Of a DNA stretch of 64,000 nucleotides, positions 18,814-28,939 are shown piece by piece. The notes beneath the pieces were generated by a model, which was not told the DNA's origin, ran no database searches, and worked only from the letters and a program-made list of their open reading frames with translations. A program made the position numbers and the translations under genes. Location: NCBI GenBank assembly GCA_903889915.1, contig CAISZK010000072.1, positions 1,585-65,584 on the forward strand. The letters run 5' to 3'. The number at the start of each line of letters is the position of its first letter. Within the stretch, counting starts at the first letter, position 1. This DNA comes from an uncultured Bacteroidota bacterium (GTDB taxonomy: Bacteria; Bacteroidota; Bacteroidia; Bacteroidales; CG2-30-32-10).

Positions 18814-19293
18814 ATGAAATCATGTGTTTCCCTTATATCTCTCATACTTATCTTGAGTTTTTGTTCACCTCATCATGATATGAAGGAGTGTAAGAACAAT
18901 GATCTTTTGGGCAAATGGAAAACGGAAAAATTTTCAGTAGGTCAATTCTTTGGTTTTTGGCAAATTTCTCTTAATGATTCTCTGAAAATCCCAGGTACAT
19001 GTTTAAGTGATGAGTTTAATTTAAATGTCTTGAATGATTCGTTATTCACTTATAGGAACAAACCTGGAAAGACTGTCTTTGGAAAATATGAAAGAAAAAA
19101 TGACACTTTAAAATTGAGAAAAGGAAACGAAAAGTTTGCCTGGATTGATTTCAAAATTGACAGTGTAAACTTCAACCATATTTACCTTTGTCGTGATAAG
19201 CCTTCATTAATTTATTTCATTGAAAAGGATACAATAGCATTTTACACAGGTAGAAAAATTAAAATAACTTTGCTTAAAGAAAAAACCAATTGA
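18814..19293 (+). CDS. hypothetical lipoprotein
   Basis: ATG start. Signal peptide with a lipobox-like LILSFCS. A TAACTTTG -7 box lies 65 bp upstream. No recognisable family. Confidence 0.5.
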   Translation: MKSCVSLISLILILSFCSPHHDMKECKNNDLLGKWKTEKFSVGQFFGFWQISLNDSLKIPGTCLSDEFNLNVLNDSLFTYRNKPGKTVFGKYERKNDTLKLRKGNEKFAWIDFKIDSVNFNHIYLCRDKPSLIYFIEKDTIAFYTGRKIKITLLKEKTN

Positions 19294-19361
19294 ATCAATA
19301 AAACTGTTGGCAACAATTTCAAAAACACCCTTCATATAACTACATCCACCAACTGATTCCA

Positions 19362-19790
19362 ATGAAAAAAATAGCAATAGATCTGGGTTGTGGTTTGATA
19401 TTTACATTGCTCATTTGGCTGATCACTTTTAATAACCATTTCGTTTTTGGGATCTTCACACTTTTTATTTTTCCAATCCTCATGGTGTTGTTTTATTTTG
19501 CAACTTCCCATCTCAAATGGTATTTCTCAACACTCAATTTTATTCTCTGTTTTTTCATTGCCGGACATCTGACAGATGTGTTTGGATCCTATTTCCCCAA
19601 TCTTGAAATGGTGAACGATGAATATTTTGCCTTGTCAGATTACTATATTTTTTATTCCATTTTTTGGATCCTTTTGAAAAATATTTTTGAAATCCTTCTT
19701 AAAATAATTCTCCCTAAAAGATTTTATTACAAATCGGAAATTGAAAAACTTTATGATAGGATCAAAAATAAATTCAACGTTAGCCTTTGA
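19362..19790 (+). CDS. hypothetical membrane protein
   Basis: ATG start and about four hydrophobic segments. An identical 22-bp promoter core lies upstream at 19252-19273. Confidence 0.45.
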   Translation: MKKIAIDLGCGLIFTLLIWLITFNNHFVFGIFTLFIFPILMVLFYFATSHLKWYFSTLNFILCFFIAGHLTDVFGSYFPNLEMVNDEYFALSDYYIFYSIFWILLKNIFEILLKIILPKRFYYKSEIEKLYDRIKNKFNVSL

Positions 19791-20219
19791 TTGCGCGCGT
19801 TTCAAACTCGTGCCCCCCCAAAATCCAATCCCCCCGAAACCTGCCAGCGTTTCCTTCCAAAAACTGGCAGCGTTTAATCAAAAAATTCAACTCCATCCCC
19901 ACCGTCCCCTTTTTCTATTTTCTATCATCAATCTTCTATCAATAAAAAAAGCCCCTTTTCAGAGGCTTTGTATTTGGAATTTTAAATTTACTTCCCAAAT
20001 CAAAAATCCTAACTAGGAATCCATGTAATCTTCACCCTTGTAGCCTCACTCTTACTTGTTTCTTTCGTTAGTGTCACTGTAACTTCTTTTACAATCAGTT
20101 AAAAGTATAGCATCTTTAATCGTAATGAAAATCTACTCTATGAAATTACTTATTCGCTAAATTAAAAATGCAGACAACCCAATAGAGTTGTATATTTCCT
20201 AAATGATGATGGCATTCTC

Positions 20220-20555
20220 CTTAATTGAAATGCAATTCTCCTTAATTATTTGTTCTTCTTCCTTAATTATTGTTTTGTTTTACTTAATTGAGATTCTATT
20301 TTCCTTAATTGAGTCACCGTTTTACTTAATGATAACTCCATCGGACTTTATGACAGTTGCGGACACCATTATAGACATGACGTTGGACATTATGACAGTT
20401 ACAGACACCATTATAGACATGACGTTGGACATTATGACAGTTACAGACACCATTATAGACCTTACATCGGACATTATGACAGTTACAGACACCATTATAG
20501 AGATGACAGACACCATTATTGAAGTGAAAGACTCCATTATTGAAAAATCACACTT
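20220..20555. repeat. 21-bp-period array A (16 units)
   Basis: cTTAAt/cATTAt heads occur every 21 bp from 20220 to 20535. The central part is a 42-bp repeat x4 (ggacattatgacagttacagacaccattatagacatgacgtt). Confidence 0.85.
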
Positions 20556-20724
20556 TGTTAGATTCGTTGAAAAACCCTCCCTTTTGTATAAAGTTACTCA
20601 TTTCAAGCATTTGCTCATTAAAAGCTCTTTTCAATCAGTCCTAATCAGCCTTTTCAGTTACTGGATAACCCACGTTTCCATCGCATGCTCCAAATAATTT
20701 CCAATTCCCAATTTCCCTGCCTTC

Positions 20725-20791
20725 TTAATACAATCTTAATTTTCATTTAATTCTTTCTTAATTTACCTCTCTGCTTTCAGCTATACTTTTG
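20725..20791 (+). promoter_or_regulatory. phased cTTAAt boxes plus -7 box (TACTTTTG)
   Basis: TTAA cores at 20725, 20736, 20747 and 20758. TACTTTTG starts at 20784 (26 bp after the last core), 20 bp before the ATG at 20811. Confidence 0.5.
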
Positions 20792-20810
20792 ACGATTAAT
20801 TTCACAGCAA

Positions 20811-21365
20811 ATGAAGGATTCCAAAAAGGAAATTGATGAAATATTAAAAGAATTTCCTGAAAATATTGCACAGCTATTCCACCATCTGCAGCAGGAAACA
20901 AACACCATTGCCAGAATTGATGCGAAAAACAGTCTCGAGAAAATGGGAAAAAGCATTCTTCCTTATTTGAATAAACTCCTCTTTGTGCACGATGAAATGT
21001 TCCGCAGGGAAGTTGCAAAGATCATGGAATTTATAGCTGACAAAACATCCATCCCGGTATTTATTGATCTTCTTGAGGACAGTGATGGCGGCATCCGCTG
21101 GACCGCTGCCGTAGGTTTGATCAGCATTGGCCGCGACAGCATCATCCCGCTTCTCAAAGCAATTCTCGACGATGAAAATGGTTCCTATTTCCTGCGGTTG
21201 GGCGCCCATCATGCTTTTGAATCTTTATTTAACGACGATGAAAAGATCACACTGAAACCCTTGCTCCTTAGCCTGAATAACTACCTTGGCATGGGCGAAA
21301 CCGTGTCACTCGAAACCCTCCATGCTCTGAAAAAATTTGAACAAAAGAATAATAAAAAGAGGTAA
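20811..21365 (+). CDS. HEAT-repeat protein
   Basis: 184 aa with repeated helical-hairpin motifs of HEAT/PBS-lyase type (LLEDSDGGIRWTAAVGLISIG). Confidence 0.6.
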   Translation: MKDSKKEIDEILKEFPENIAQLFHHLQQETNTIARIDAKNSLEKMGKSILPYLNKLLFVHDEMFRREVAKIMEFIADKTSIPVFIDLLEDSDGGIRWTAAVGLISIGRDSIIPLLKAILDDENGSYFLRLGAHHAFESLFNDDEKITLKPLLLSLNNYLGMGETVSLETLHALKKFEQKNNKKR

Positions 21366-21368
21366 AAT

Positions 21369-21438
21369 TCCAAGATCCAAGATCCAAATTCCAAATTCCA
21401 AATTCCAAGATCCAATATCCAATATCCAATATCCAACA
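21369..21438 (+). repeat. heptamer microsatellite TCCAARW x10
   Basis: Ten contiguous 7-bp units fill the HEAT-tal spacer and end 5 bp before the tal ATG. Confidence 0.9.
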
Positions 21439-21442
21439 AATT

Positions 21443-22573
21443 ATGAAAATAAATCCACTAAAACTATTAGAATCATTTGGCCAGTCAGTCTGGCTCGATT
21501 ATATCAGCCGCGACCTTATTGCAAGCGGGGAACTGCGCAAACTCATCAATGACGACGGGCTTAAAGGAATCACCTCAAACCCCTCCATCTTTGAACAAGC
21601 CATCGCAAAAAGTTCTGATTATGATTTCGACATTAAGAAACTGGCAATTCAGGGAAAAAGTCCCGATGAAATTTACGAATCCATCAGCCAGCACGACATC
21701 CTTCGTGCCGCTGATGAACTCAAACAAGTATATGAAAAATCCGAAGGCAGGGATGGCTATGTCAGTCTTGAAGTAAACCCTCATCTTGCCCACGACACCA
21801 ATGGAACCATTGAAGAAGCCCGCCGCCTCTGGACAGCCCTCAACCGTCAGAATGTTTTTATCAAAGTTCCCGCTACCAAAGAAGGCTTACCCGCCATTCA
21901 ACAACTCATCACCGACGGCATCAATGTAAATGTAACTTTATTGTTCGGACTGCCCCGCTACAGAGAGGTGATTGACGCATATATTGCAGGAATTGAAGCC
22001 AGGATTGAGCAGGGAAAACCTGTGAAGAATATCAGCTCAGTGGCCAGTTTCTTCATCAGCCGCATAGATACCATCATTGATCCGCAAGACCTGGATTATA
22101 TGGCAATGGGTGGCGAACAGGTGCATTTTGCAACCAACATCCGTGGTCAGGTTGCAATATCGAGCGCCAAGATCGCTTACAATATTTACAGAGAAATTTT
22201 TGAAAGCCGCGGGTTCGCCCAACTTGTTGAACAGGGCGCCAGACCACAGCGTCTCTTATGGGCAAGCACAGGCACAAAAAATCCTGAGTACAGCAACATC
22301 AAATATATTGAATCCCTCATCGCACCCAATACCATCAGTACAATGCCACCAGACACTATGGATGCTTATCGCGATCATGGGCACCCTTCATACCGCCTGA
22401 TAGATCATTTTATGAAAGCATGCTGGATCATGTCCGAACTGACTGAGCTTGGTATTGACATTGATCAGGTCACACAAAAATTGGAAGATGAAGGAGTGGA
22501 GAAATTTATTGTATCGTTCGACAAATTGCTGGCAACTATTACAGGCAAATCATTAGAGTTCCTTAGAAAGTAA
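21443..22573 (+). CDS. tal: transaldolase (long type)
   Basis: 376 aa with GITSNPSIF and FIKVPATKEG (Schiff-base lysine context) motifs. Confidence 0.85.
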   Translation: MKINPLKLLESFGQSVWLDYISRDLIASGELRKLINDDGLKGITSNPSIFEQAIAKSSDYDFDIKKLAIQGKSPDEIYESISQHDILRAADELKQVYEKSEGRDGYVSLEVNPHLAHDTNGTIEEARRLWTALNRQNVFIKVPATKEGLPAIQQLITDGINVNVTLLFGLPRYREVIDAYIAGIEARIEQGKPVKNISSVASFFISRIDTIIDPQDLDYMAMGGEQVHFATNIRGQVAISSAKIAYNIYREIFESRGFAQLVEQGARPQRLLWASTGTKNPEYSNIKYIESLIAPNTISTMPPDTMDAYRDHGHPSYRLIDHFMKACWIMSELTELGIDIDQVTQKLEDEGVEKFIVSFDKLLATITGKSLEFLRK

Positions 22574-22681
22574 AAGGTTTAAAATAAAATTTTTAAAAAT
22601 ATTATTTCAATGAAATAATCAGTGAGAAAGCTATTTTGAAATTCTGACTTATTCATTCAAATAAAAATTAAACTGAACAAT

Positions 22682-24094
22682 ATGGATACACAACAAAAAC
22701 CATGTGAAATCGGAATCATTGGGCTTGGTGTGATGGGAAGAAACCTTATGCTGAACATCGCCGAAAAAGGATTTCTTGTAGCCGGTTATGACACTGACAT
22801 TACAAAGGTAAAGTCAGTGCAGGAGGAACACGAAGATAAAACGATCATCAGTACGGGCGATCTGGCAAAATTTATTTCCTCCTTACGCCTGCCTCGCGCC
22901 ATCATCATCCTTGTCCCGGCAGGCAGCCCTGTTGATGCTGTCATCAATAATATTCAGCCATTGCTCCACCAGGGTGACATTATTATTGACGCAGGCAATT
23001 CGTTTTTCAAAGACACGGATATTCGTGCATCAAAACTTGAACAGAAAGGAATTTTATTTATTGGCTCCGGCATTTCAGGAGGCAAGGAAGGCGCCCGCCG
23101 CGGTCCGAGTATCATGCCCGGCGGCAACAAGGAAGCCTATCTGAGAGTATGTCATGTGTTCTCGCTCATTGCAGCAAAAGCCAATGATATGCCTTGTGTT
23201 GCTTATCTCGGATCAGGTTCCGTAGGCCATTATGTGAAGATGGTTCACAACGGGATTGAGTATGCTATGATGCAACTCATCTCAGAAGTTTATGACTTTA
23301 TGAAACGCGGGCTTTGCCTGAACAATGATGAAATTTGCACCGTTATTCACGAATGGAACCAGGGCGAATTAAACTGTTATCTGCTCGAAATTACAGAGCA
23401 AATCTTCAGGAAAAAAGATGTCAAAACAGGAAAGTTTTTGATTGACGAAATACTGGATGTTGCAGGACAGAATGGAACAGGAATGTGGACATCAGAAAGC
23501 GCAATGGAGTTACAGGTACCCGTTCCTACAATAGATACAGCCGTCGTCATGCGTAATTTCTCGGCAATGCACAATGAACGTGATACGGCAAGCAAGACAC
23601 TGCTGAGACTTATCAGCAGTTTCGACGGAGATAAAAATGCGGCGCTCATTCAACTTCACGGAGCACTCTACACAGCGATGATCATTACCTATGCACAGGG
23701 TTTTTCACTTTTAAGTAAAGCCTCCGGGAAATATAATTTTCATCTGAATCCCTCTACTGTCGCTCAGATCTGGAGGGGCGGCTGCATCATTCGTTCAGCA
23801 ATGCTCAATGATATAATGAAAGCTTTTGACAATGTCAATAAATTGCCAAACCTCCTGCTGTATCCTGAATTGTCGAAAAAGATAAAGGACAATGAAAAAT
23901 ATCTGCGCCATATTATTATTACAGGGATCAAATCAAGTGTTCCTGTTCCCGCAATGATGTCTTCGCTCGCCTATCTTGACACATTGAGAAGCAAGTGGCT
24001 TCCGGCAAATTTGATACAGGCACAACGCGATTATTTTGGCGATCATAAATATCAGCGTTATGACTCAGAGGGTACATTCCACACCAAATGGTAA
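22682..24094 (+). CDS. gnd: 6-phosphogluconate dehydrogenase, decarboxylating
   Basis: 470 aa. N-terminal Rossmann motif IGLGVMGRNLMLN. Typical length and C-terminal domain. Confidence 0.9.
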   Translation: MDTQQKPCEIGIIGLGVMGRNLMLNIAEKGFLVAGYDTDITKVKSVQEEHEDKTIISTGDLAKFISSLRLPRAIIILVPAGSPVDAVINNIQPLLHQGDIIIDAGNSFFKDTDIRASKLEQKGILFIGSGISGGKEGARRGPSIMPGGNKEAYLRVCHVFSLIAAKANDMPCVAYLGSGSVGHYVKMVHNGIEYAMMQLISEVYDFMKRGLCLNNDEICTVIHEWNQGELNCYLLEITEQIFRKKDVKTGKFLIDEILDVAGQNGTGMWTSESAMELQVPVPTIDTAVVMRNFSAMHNERDTASKTLLRLISSFDGDKNAALIQLHGALYTAMIITYAQGFSLLSKASGKYNFHLNPSTVAQIWRGGCIIRSAMLNDIMKAFDNVNKLPNLLLYPELSKKIKDNEKYLRHIIITGIKSSVPVPAMMSSLAYLDTLRSKWLPANLIQAQRDYFGDHKYQRYDSEGTFHTKW

Positions 24095-24106
24095 AAATCT
24101 ATAATT

Positions 24107-25636
24107 ATGAAAACAAATGAACCGGCAGCTCCTGCAATCTTTGTCATCTTTGGTGGCACAGGTGATCTTGCATGGCGAAAATTAGTGCCTGCTTTATTTG
24201 ATCTCTTCCAGGATCAATGTATATCCCTGCATTTTTCAATCATCATTATTGGCAGAAAGCCATTAAAAGATTCTGATTTGCTGGAACGTTTTTTTGATGG
24301 AGTAAAAAAGTTTTCACGCCAAAAAGAAAAGGTTGAACAGGGATGGAAATACTTTGCAAAACATATTTCTTATCATTATGGCGATCTGAATTCAATCGAA
24401 ACTTACAACAAACTGGCTGAACGTTGCACGGTCATTGAGAATGAATGGGGGATTAAATCCCAGCATATTTTTTACATGGCTACTCCTCCCCTGACCTTTG
24501 GAGAAATTCCAAAATTGCTTGCAGAAGCCGGTTTGACAAAGGATAAGTTGAGGTCACGGATTGTGATTGAAAAGCCAATAGGATTTGATGTGGAATCAGC
24601 AACCAAACTGAACAAAACCCTCTCACGGCATTTCAGCGAATCCCAGATTTACCGTATAGATCATTATCTGGGGAAAGAAACAGTGCAGAATATTCTTGCA
24701 CTAAGGTTTGCAAATTCAATATTTGAACCGGTCTGGAACCGCCGCTATATTGATCATGTCTGCATCACCGTTGCAGAAGAAATAGGGATAGGACACCGCG
24801 CAGGATATTATAACGAAGCGGGTGCCTTGAGAGATATGATACAAAACCACCTGATGCAGTTATTGTGTCTTGTTGCAATGGAACCCATGGTTTCTTTTGA
24901 AGCCAATGAAGTCCGTAATAAAAAGGCAGACGTTCTTTGTGCTGTCCGTCCGATACCTCATGATCTGGTAGATCAATTTGTGATCAGAGGTCAGTATGGA
25001 AAAGGGATCATCGGAGGACAGGAAGTATTGGGATATCGCGAAGAGCCCGGAATTCCTCACGATTCTCAAACGGAAACTTATGTGGCAATGAAACTATTTA
25101 TTGATAACTGGCGCTGGCAGAATATTCCTTTTTATATCAGAACGGGAAAGAGGATGACAAAGCAGGTATCTGAAATAGTTGTCAGGTTTCGTTCAGTTCC
25201 TCATCGTTCATTTCCCCTTGATGCTTATCATGGCTGGCATGAAAATGAGCTTATCATTTCCATACAACCGGATGAAGGAATAGTGCTGCGTTTTCAGGCT
25301 AAACGACCGGGGCCTAAAATAATTTTGAAACCCGTTGACATGCGCTTCAGCTACAAAGATAGTTTTGCAATGTCAATTCCTGATGCCTACGAAACACTGC
25401 TCTGGGACATCATGACCAGCGATGCCACACTGTTCATGCGCGCTGATCAGGTGAAAACAGCATGGGAAATATTATCGCCGGTACTTCAGGTATGGTCAGA
25501 AAAAACACCTACCGATTTCCCGAATTATGAAGCAGGTTCATGGGGGCCTGATTCAACAAAATTCTTATTTGAAAAGGTCAATCAACACTGGCCTTTGCCT
25601 GAAGTTTTGTCATCATCAGTAATTAAAACAACTTAA
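24107..25636 (+). CDS. zwf: glucose-6-phosphate 1-dehydrogenase
   Basis: FGGTGDLAWRKL NADP motif and RIDHYLGKE active-site motif. Confidence 0.95.
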   Translation: MKTNEPAAPAIFVIFGGTGDLAWRKLVPALFDLFQDQCISLHFSIIIIGRKPLKDSDLLERFFDGVKKFSRQKEKVEQGWKYFAKHISYHYGDLNSIETYNKLAERCTVIENEWGIKSQHIFYMATPPLTFGEIPKLLAEAGLTKDKLRSRIVIEKPIGFDVESATKLNKTLSRHFSESQIYRIDHYLGKETVQNILALRFANSIFEPVWNRRYIDHVCITVAEEIGIGHRAGYYNEAGALRDMIQNHLMQLLCLVAMEPMVSFEANEVRNKKADVLCAVRPIPHDLVDQFVIRGQYGKGIIGGQEVLGYREEPGIPHDSQTETYVAMKLFIDNWRWQNIPFYIRTGKRMTKQVSEIVVRFRSVPHRSFPLDAYHGWHENELIISIQPDEGIVLRFQAKRPGPKIILKPVDMRFSYKDSFAMSIPDAYETLLWDIMTSDATLFMRADQVKTAWEILSPVLQVWSEKTPTDFPNYEAGSWGPDSTKFLFEKVNQHWPLPEVLSSSVIKTT

Positions 25637-25637
25637 T

Positions 25638-26387
25638 ATGCCTCTTCAAATTTATGCCGATCTTGAATCCCTTAGCATGGCCGCTGCTGATTTATTTGTT
25701 GCGAAAGCAAAAAAGGCAATCATAGATCATAACAGGTTTTGTGTAGCGCTGTCAGGCGGTTTAACACCAATGCGGACATTCGAAATTCTTGCACAAAAGC
25801 AATGGCAAAAGAAAATGCCATGGAACGATACCCATGTTTTCTGGAGCGACGAACGTTTTGTTCCGGAAAACAATGTACTCCGGAATTCCCTGATGGCGGC
25901 GAAGGCTTTGCTTGATCATGTTCCAGTTCCTTTAGAGCAGGTTTACAAGTTTAACTGCAATCTCTCTCCTAAAGAAAGTGCGGAGCAATATGACAGTTTA
26001 CTGCACTCTTATTTTTCGAAACATCAATATTTCGATCTGCTGATGCTGGGTCTGGGCGCTGAGGGTCATGCTGCCTCAATATTTCCTGGCTCAACAGCAA
26101 TTGAAGAACATGAACGTTGGGTTACTTCTGTAAACCTGCCCGGACAGGAACTACAAAGAATTACTCTCACACTTCCTATCATCAACCGCTCCGCATGTAT
26201 CCTTTTTCTTGTTGCAGGAGCTGAGAAGGCCGGCATTTTAAAAGAAGTCCTGGAGCCAAAGCATGGAAAACCGGGTCTTCCTGCCCAGTTGGTTTGTCCG
26301 AAATATAAAAATGCTGAAATTTACTGGATGGTTGATAAAGCTGCAGCTTTGCTATTGAAGAATGTTGAGCTGGCACATATTCATTGA
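25638..26387 (+). CDS. pgl: 6-phosphogluconolactonase
   Basis: 249 aa with the ALSGGLTP motif. It follows zwf directly. Confidence 0.85.
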   Translation: MPLQIYADLESLSMAAADLFVAKAKKAIIDHNRFCVALSGGLTPMRTFEILAQKQWQKKMPWNDTHVFWSDERFVPENNVLRNSLMAAKALLDHVPVPLEQVYKFNCNLSPKESAEQYDSLLHSYFSKHQYFDLLMLGLGAEGHAASIFPGSTAIEEHERWVTSVNLPGQELQRITLTLPIINRSACILFLVAGAEKAGILKEVLEPKHGKPGLPAQLVCPKYKNAEIYWMVDKAAALLLKNVELAHIH

Positions 26388-26449
26388 TAGAAATAAACGG
26401 GAATGAAAAGAGGGCTTATGAAAAAAGAATATTACTCTCCCAGAAAATT

Positions 26450-28540
26450 ATGAAAGAAGAACAAATAAACCCTAAAGATAAAACTATAGTTGATTCTGCG
26501 GAATTGGAACAACTCTCCATAAATACTATTCGTTTTCTGAGTGTAGATGCAGTAGAAAAAGCCAACAGCGGTCATCCCGGTTTACCTTTGGGAGCGGCCC
26601 CAATGGCTTACGTGCTTTGGACAAAATTCCTCAAACATAATCCTGCCAACCCTGATTGGATCAATCGTGACAGGTTTGTGCTTTCGGCCGGACATGGATC
26701 AATGTTGCTTTATTCTCTTTTGTATCTGACAGGTTACAAATTGCCGCTTGAACAGATTGAGCAATTCCGTCAGTGGAAAAGCATCACTCCGGGGCACCCT
26801 GAACGGAAGCTGACCCCGGGCGTAGAAACAACAACCGGTCCTCTGGGACAAGGATTTGCAAATGGTGTGGGAATGGCCATTGCTGAAGCATATTTGTCGG
26901 AACGTTACAATCAGTGTGGTTTCAATATGATTGATCATTACACTTATGGCCTTGTAAGCGATGGTGATTTGATGGAAGGTGTTGCTTCCGAAGCTGCATC
27001 ACTAGCCGGACATCTTAAGCTGAGAAAACTCATTTATCTTTATGATTGCAATCACATAACCCTTGCTGCTTCCACACGTCTGACATTTACAGAAGACGTT
27101 GCGAAACGCTTTGAATCCTATTGCTGGAACGTCATTACTGTTGAAGATGGAAATAACACTCTGGATATTGAAAATGCAATCCGAAAGGCACAATTCGATT
27201 CAACACGACCTTCACTCATCATTGTGAACACGCATATTGGTTTTGGTTCTCCAAACAAACAGGACACTTTTGCAGCTCATGGATCACCACTGGGAAAAGA
27301 AGAAGTCAGGCTTACAAAGGAGAATCTTGGATGGCCGGCGGAACCTTTATTTTTTATTCCTGAGAATGTTCTCAGTCATTTCAGACAAGCGGCAGACTGG
27401 GGAATAGAAGTAGAGGACTTATGGCAACAATCATTTGAAGATTATCAAACCCTGTTCCCTGAACTTGCTAAGGAATTAAATCAACTTTTAAAGGGGCAAC
27501 CAATTCCCGGATGGGATGAGAATATCCCTCACTTTGCAGCCGATGTAAAAGGAATTGCGACAAGGGTGGCTTCAGGAAAAATACTGGAATATGCCAGTCA
27601 ATTTTTTCCCGGGCTTATTGGGGGCTCTGCTGATCTGAACCCTTCAACAATGACGGAAATTAAAAATGGTGGAAATTTTGAAAACCCTGAAACAGCAATA
27701 GGAGATTTACAAGGCGAATCTTCAGGAGGCTGGAATTACAATGGCCGCAATATCCATTTTGGAGTTCGTGAACATGGAATGGGAGCCATATTGAATGGCA
27801 TCGCTGCGCATGGCGGCCTGATCCCTTTTGGTTCAACATTTCTTACTTTCTCCGATTATATGCGCCCATCCATTCGATTGGCTGCCTTAATGGGTTTGCA
27901 GGTGATCTATGTTTTCACGCATGACAGTATTGCAATGGGAGAAGATGGCCCGACACATCAGCCTGTAGAACATCTTGCGAGTCTTCGTGCTATTCCAAAT
28001 CTGATTGTAATTCGTCCATGCGATGCCAATGAGACCGCGGTTTCATGGCAAGTTGCACTCGAAACAAATGATCATCCCACTGCACTTGTACTTACCAGGC
28101 AAAATGTACCGATTATTGACCGTGACAAATTTGCAAAGGCTGACAATCTTCGCAAAGGAGCCTACATATTAGCTGATGCAGCCAATGCTGATCCAGAACT
28201 TATTTTAATAGCCAGTGGTTCGGAGGTACATCTGGTTGTCGAAGCTTATAGAATATTAACGGAAAAAAATATCAGAGTCCGTATCGTATCAATGCCATGT
28301 TGGGAATTGTTCGAAATGCAGACAGCCGAATATCGGGATGCTGTATTGCCCCCGTCAGTGAAAAAAAGATTGTCAATTGAAGCAGGGGTTGCACAGGGAT
28401 GGCACAAATATGTCGGAGAAAAAGGTGCGATCATAAGTCTTGATCATTTTGGTGCATCCGCTCCGGGCGCTGTCCTGATGAAAGAATTTGGATTTACAGT
28501 TGAAAATTTATGCTCAATAGCGTTGGCAATGCCGGAGTGA
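26450..28540 (+). CDS. tkt: transketolase
   Basis: [12 protein letters not shown] and SDGDLMEGV ThDP-binding motifs. The ATG at 26450 is preferred over the track start at 26384, which adds 22 non-conserved residues. Confidence 0.9.
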   Translation: MKEEQINPKDKTIVDSAELEQLSINTIRFLSVDAVEKANSGHPGLPLGAAPMAYVLWTKFLKHNPANPDWINRDRFVLSAGHGSMLLYSLLYLTGYKLPLEQIEQFRQWKSITPGHPERKLTPGVETTTGPLGQGFANGVGMAIAEAYLSERYNQCGFNMIDHYTYGLVSDGDLMEGVASEAASLAGHLKLRKLIYLYDCNHITLAASTRLTFTEDVAKRFESYCWNVITVEDGNNTLDIENAIRKAQFDSTRPSLIIVNTHIGFGSPNKQDTFAAHGSPLGKEEVRLTKENLGWPAEPLFFIPENVLSHFRQAADWGIEVEDLWQQSFEDYQTLFPELAKELNQLLKGQPIPGWDENIPHFAADVKGIATRVASGKILEYASQFFPGLIGGSADLNPSTMTEIKNGGNFENPETAIGDLQGESSGGWNYNGRNIHFGVREHGMGAILNGIAAHGGLIPFGSTFLTFSDYMRPSIRLAALMGLQVIYVFTHDSIAMGEDGPTHQPVEHLASLRAIPNLIVIRPCDANETAVSWQVALETNDHPTALVLTRQNVPIIDRDKFAKADNLRKGAYILADAANADPELILIASGSEVHLVVEAYRILTEKNIRVRIVSMPCWELFEMQTAEYRDAVLPPSVKKRLSIEAGVAQGWHKYVGEKGAIISLDHFGASAPGAVLMKEFGFTVENLCSIALAMPE

Positions 28541-28749
28541 AAGTTGTTTTGGATTAATTTCTTCTCTACCTTTATTTTTACATTTCAGTAATAGACCGGC
28601 ATGATGAAAAAACTATTGATAAGATTTGCTCTGGCTTTTTGTGCATAGTAATTTATCTCTGTTCAACAACCACTGAGAAAAGTAATATCAATGATTCATC
28701 ACTGGTGATAATTTCCATCAATATCAGAACTTTCTAACGAATAATTAAG

Positions 28750-28823
28750 TGACCCCGGAGGGATTCAAACCCCCGACTTTCAGAACCGGAATCTGATGTT
28801 CTATTCAGCTGAACTACGGGGCC
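28750..28823 (-). tRNA. tRNA-Arg (anticodon CCG)
   Basis: The reverse complement folds as a cloverleaf. Acceptor GGCCCCG/CGGGGTC, D arm GTTC/GAAC, anticodon stem TCAGA/TCTGA with loop TTCCGGT, T arm GGGGG-TTTGAAT-CCCTC. 74 nt, with no encoded CCA. Confidence 0.85.
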
Positions 28824-28939
28824 GGCAATGCGGCAAATTTAGATATTTTTAATGATTTTTTAGGTTTTGCACAATAAAAACGCTAGAAAATAGTTATCGG
28901 TTATTATTTGTTTAGTAATATTGCATTAAGAAAGTACTT

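Noticed and set aside
20203-20697. 164-aa ORF (and antisense 20322..20537) spanning array A, which translates to heptad-like DIMTVTD/TIIDMTL repeats
   Set aside because: The open frames are explained by a stop-free 21-bp repeat unit and are open on both strands. The composition is repeat-driven and no family resemblance is seen. It is kept as a repeat rather than a CDS, although translation cannot be formally excluded.
28750-28823. tRNA-Arg as an integration hotspot marking a genomic island
   Set aside because: No integrase, no direct repeat of the tRNA 3' end and no accessory genes are adjacent. The flanking genes (tkt, PorZ-like, recO) look like core genes.
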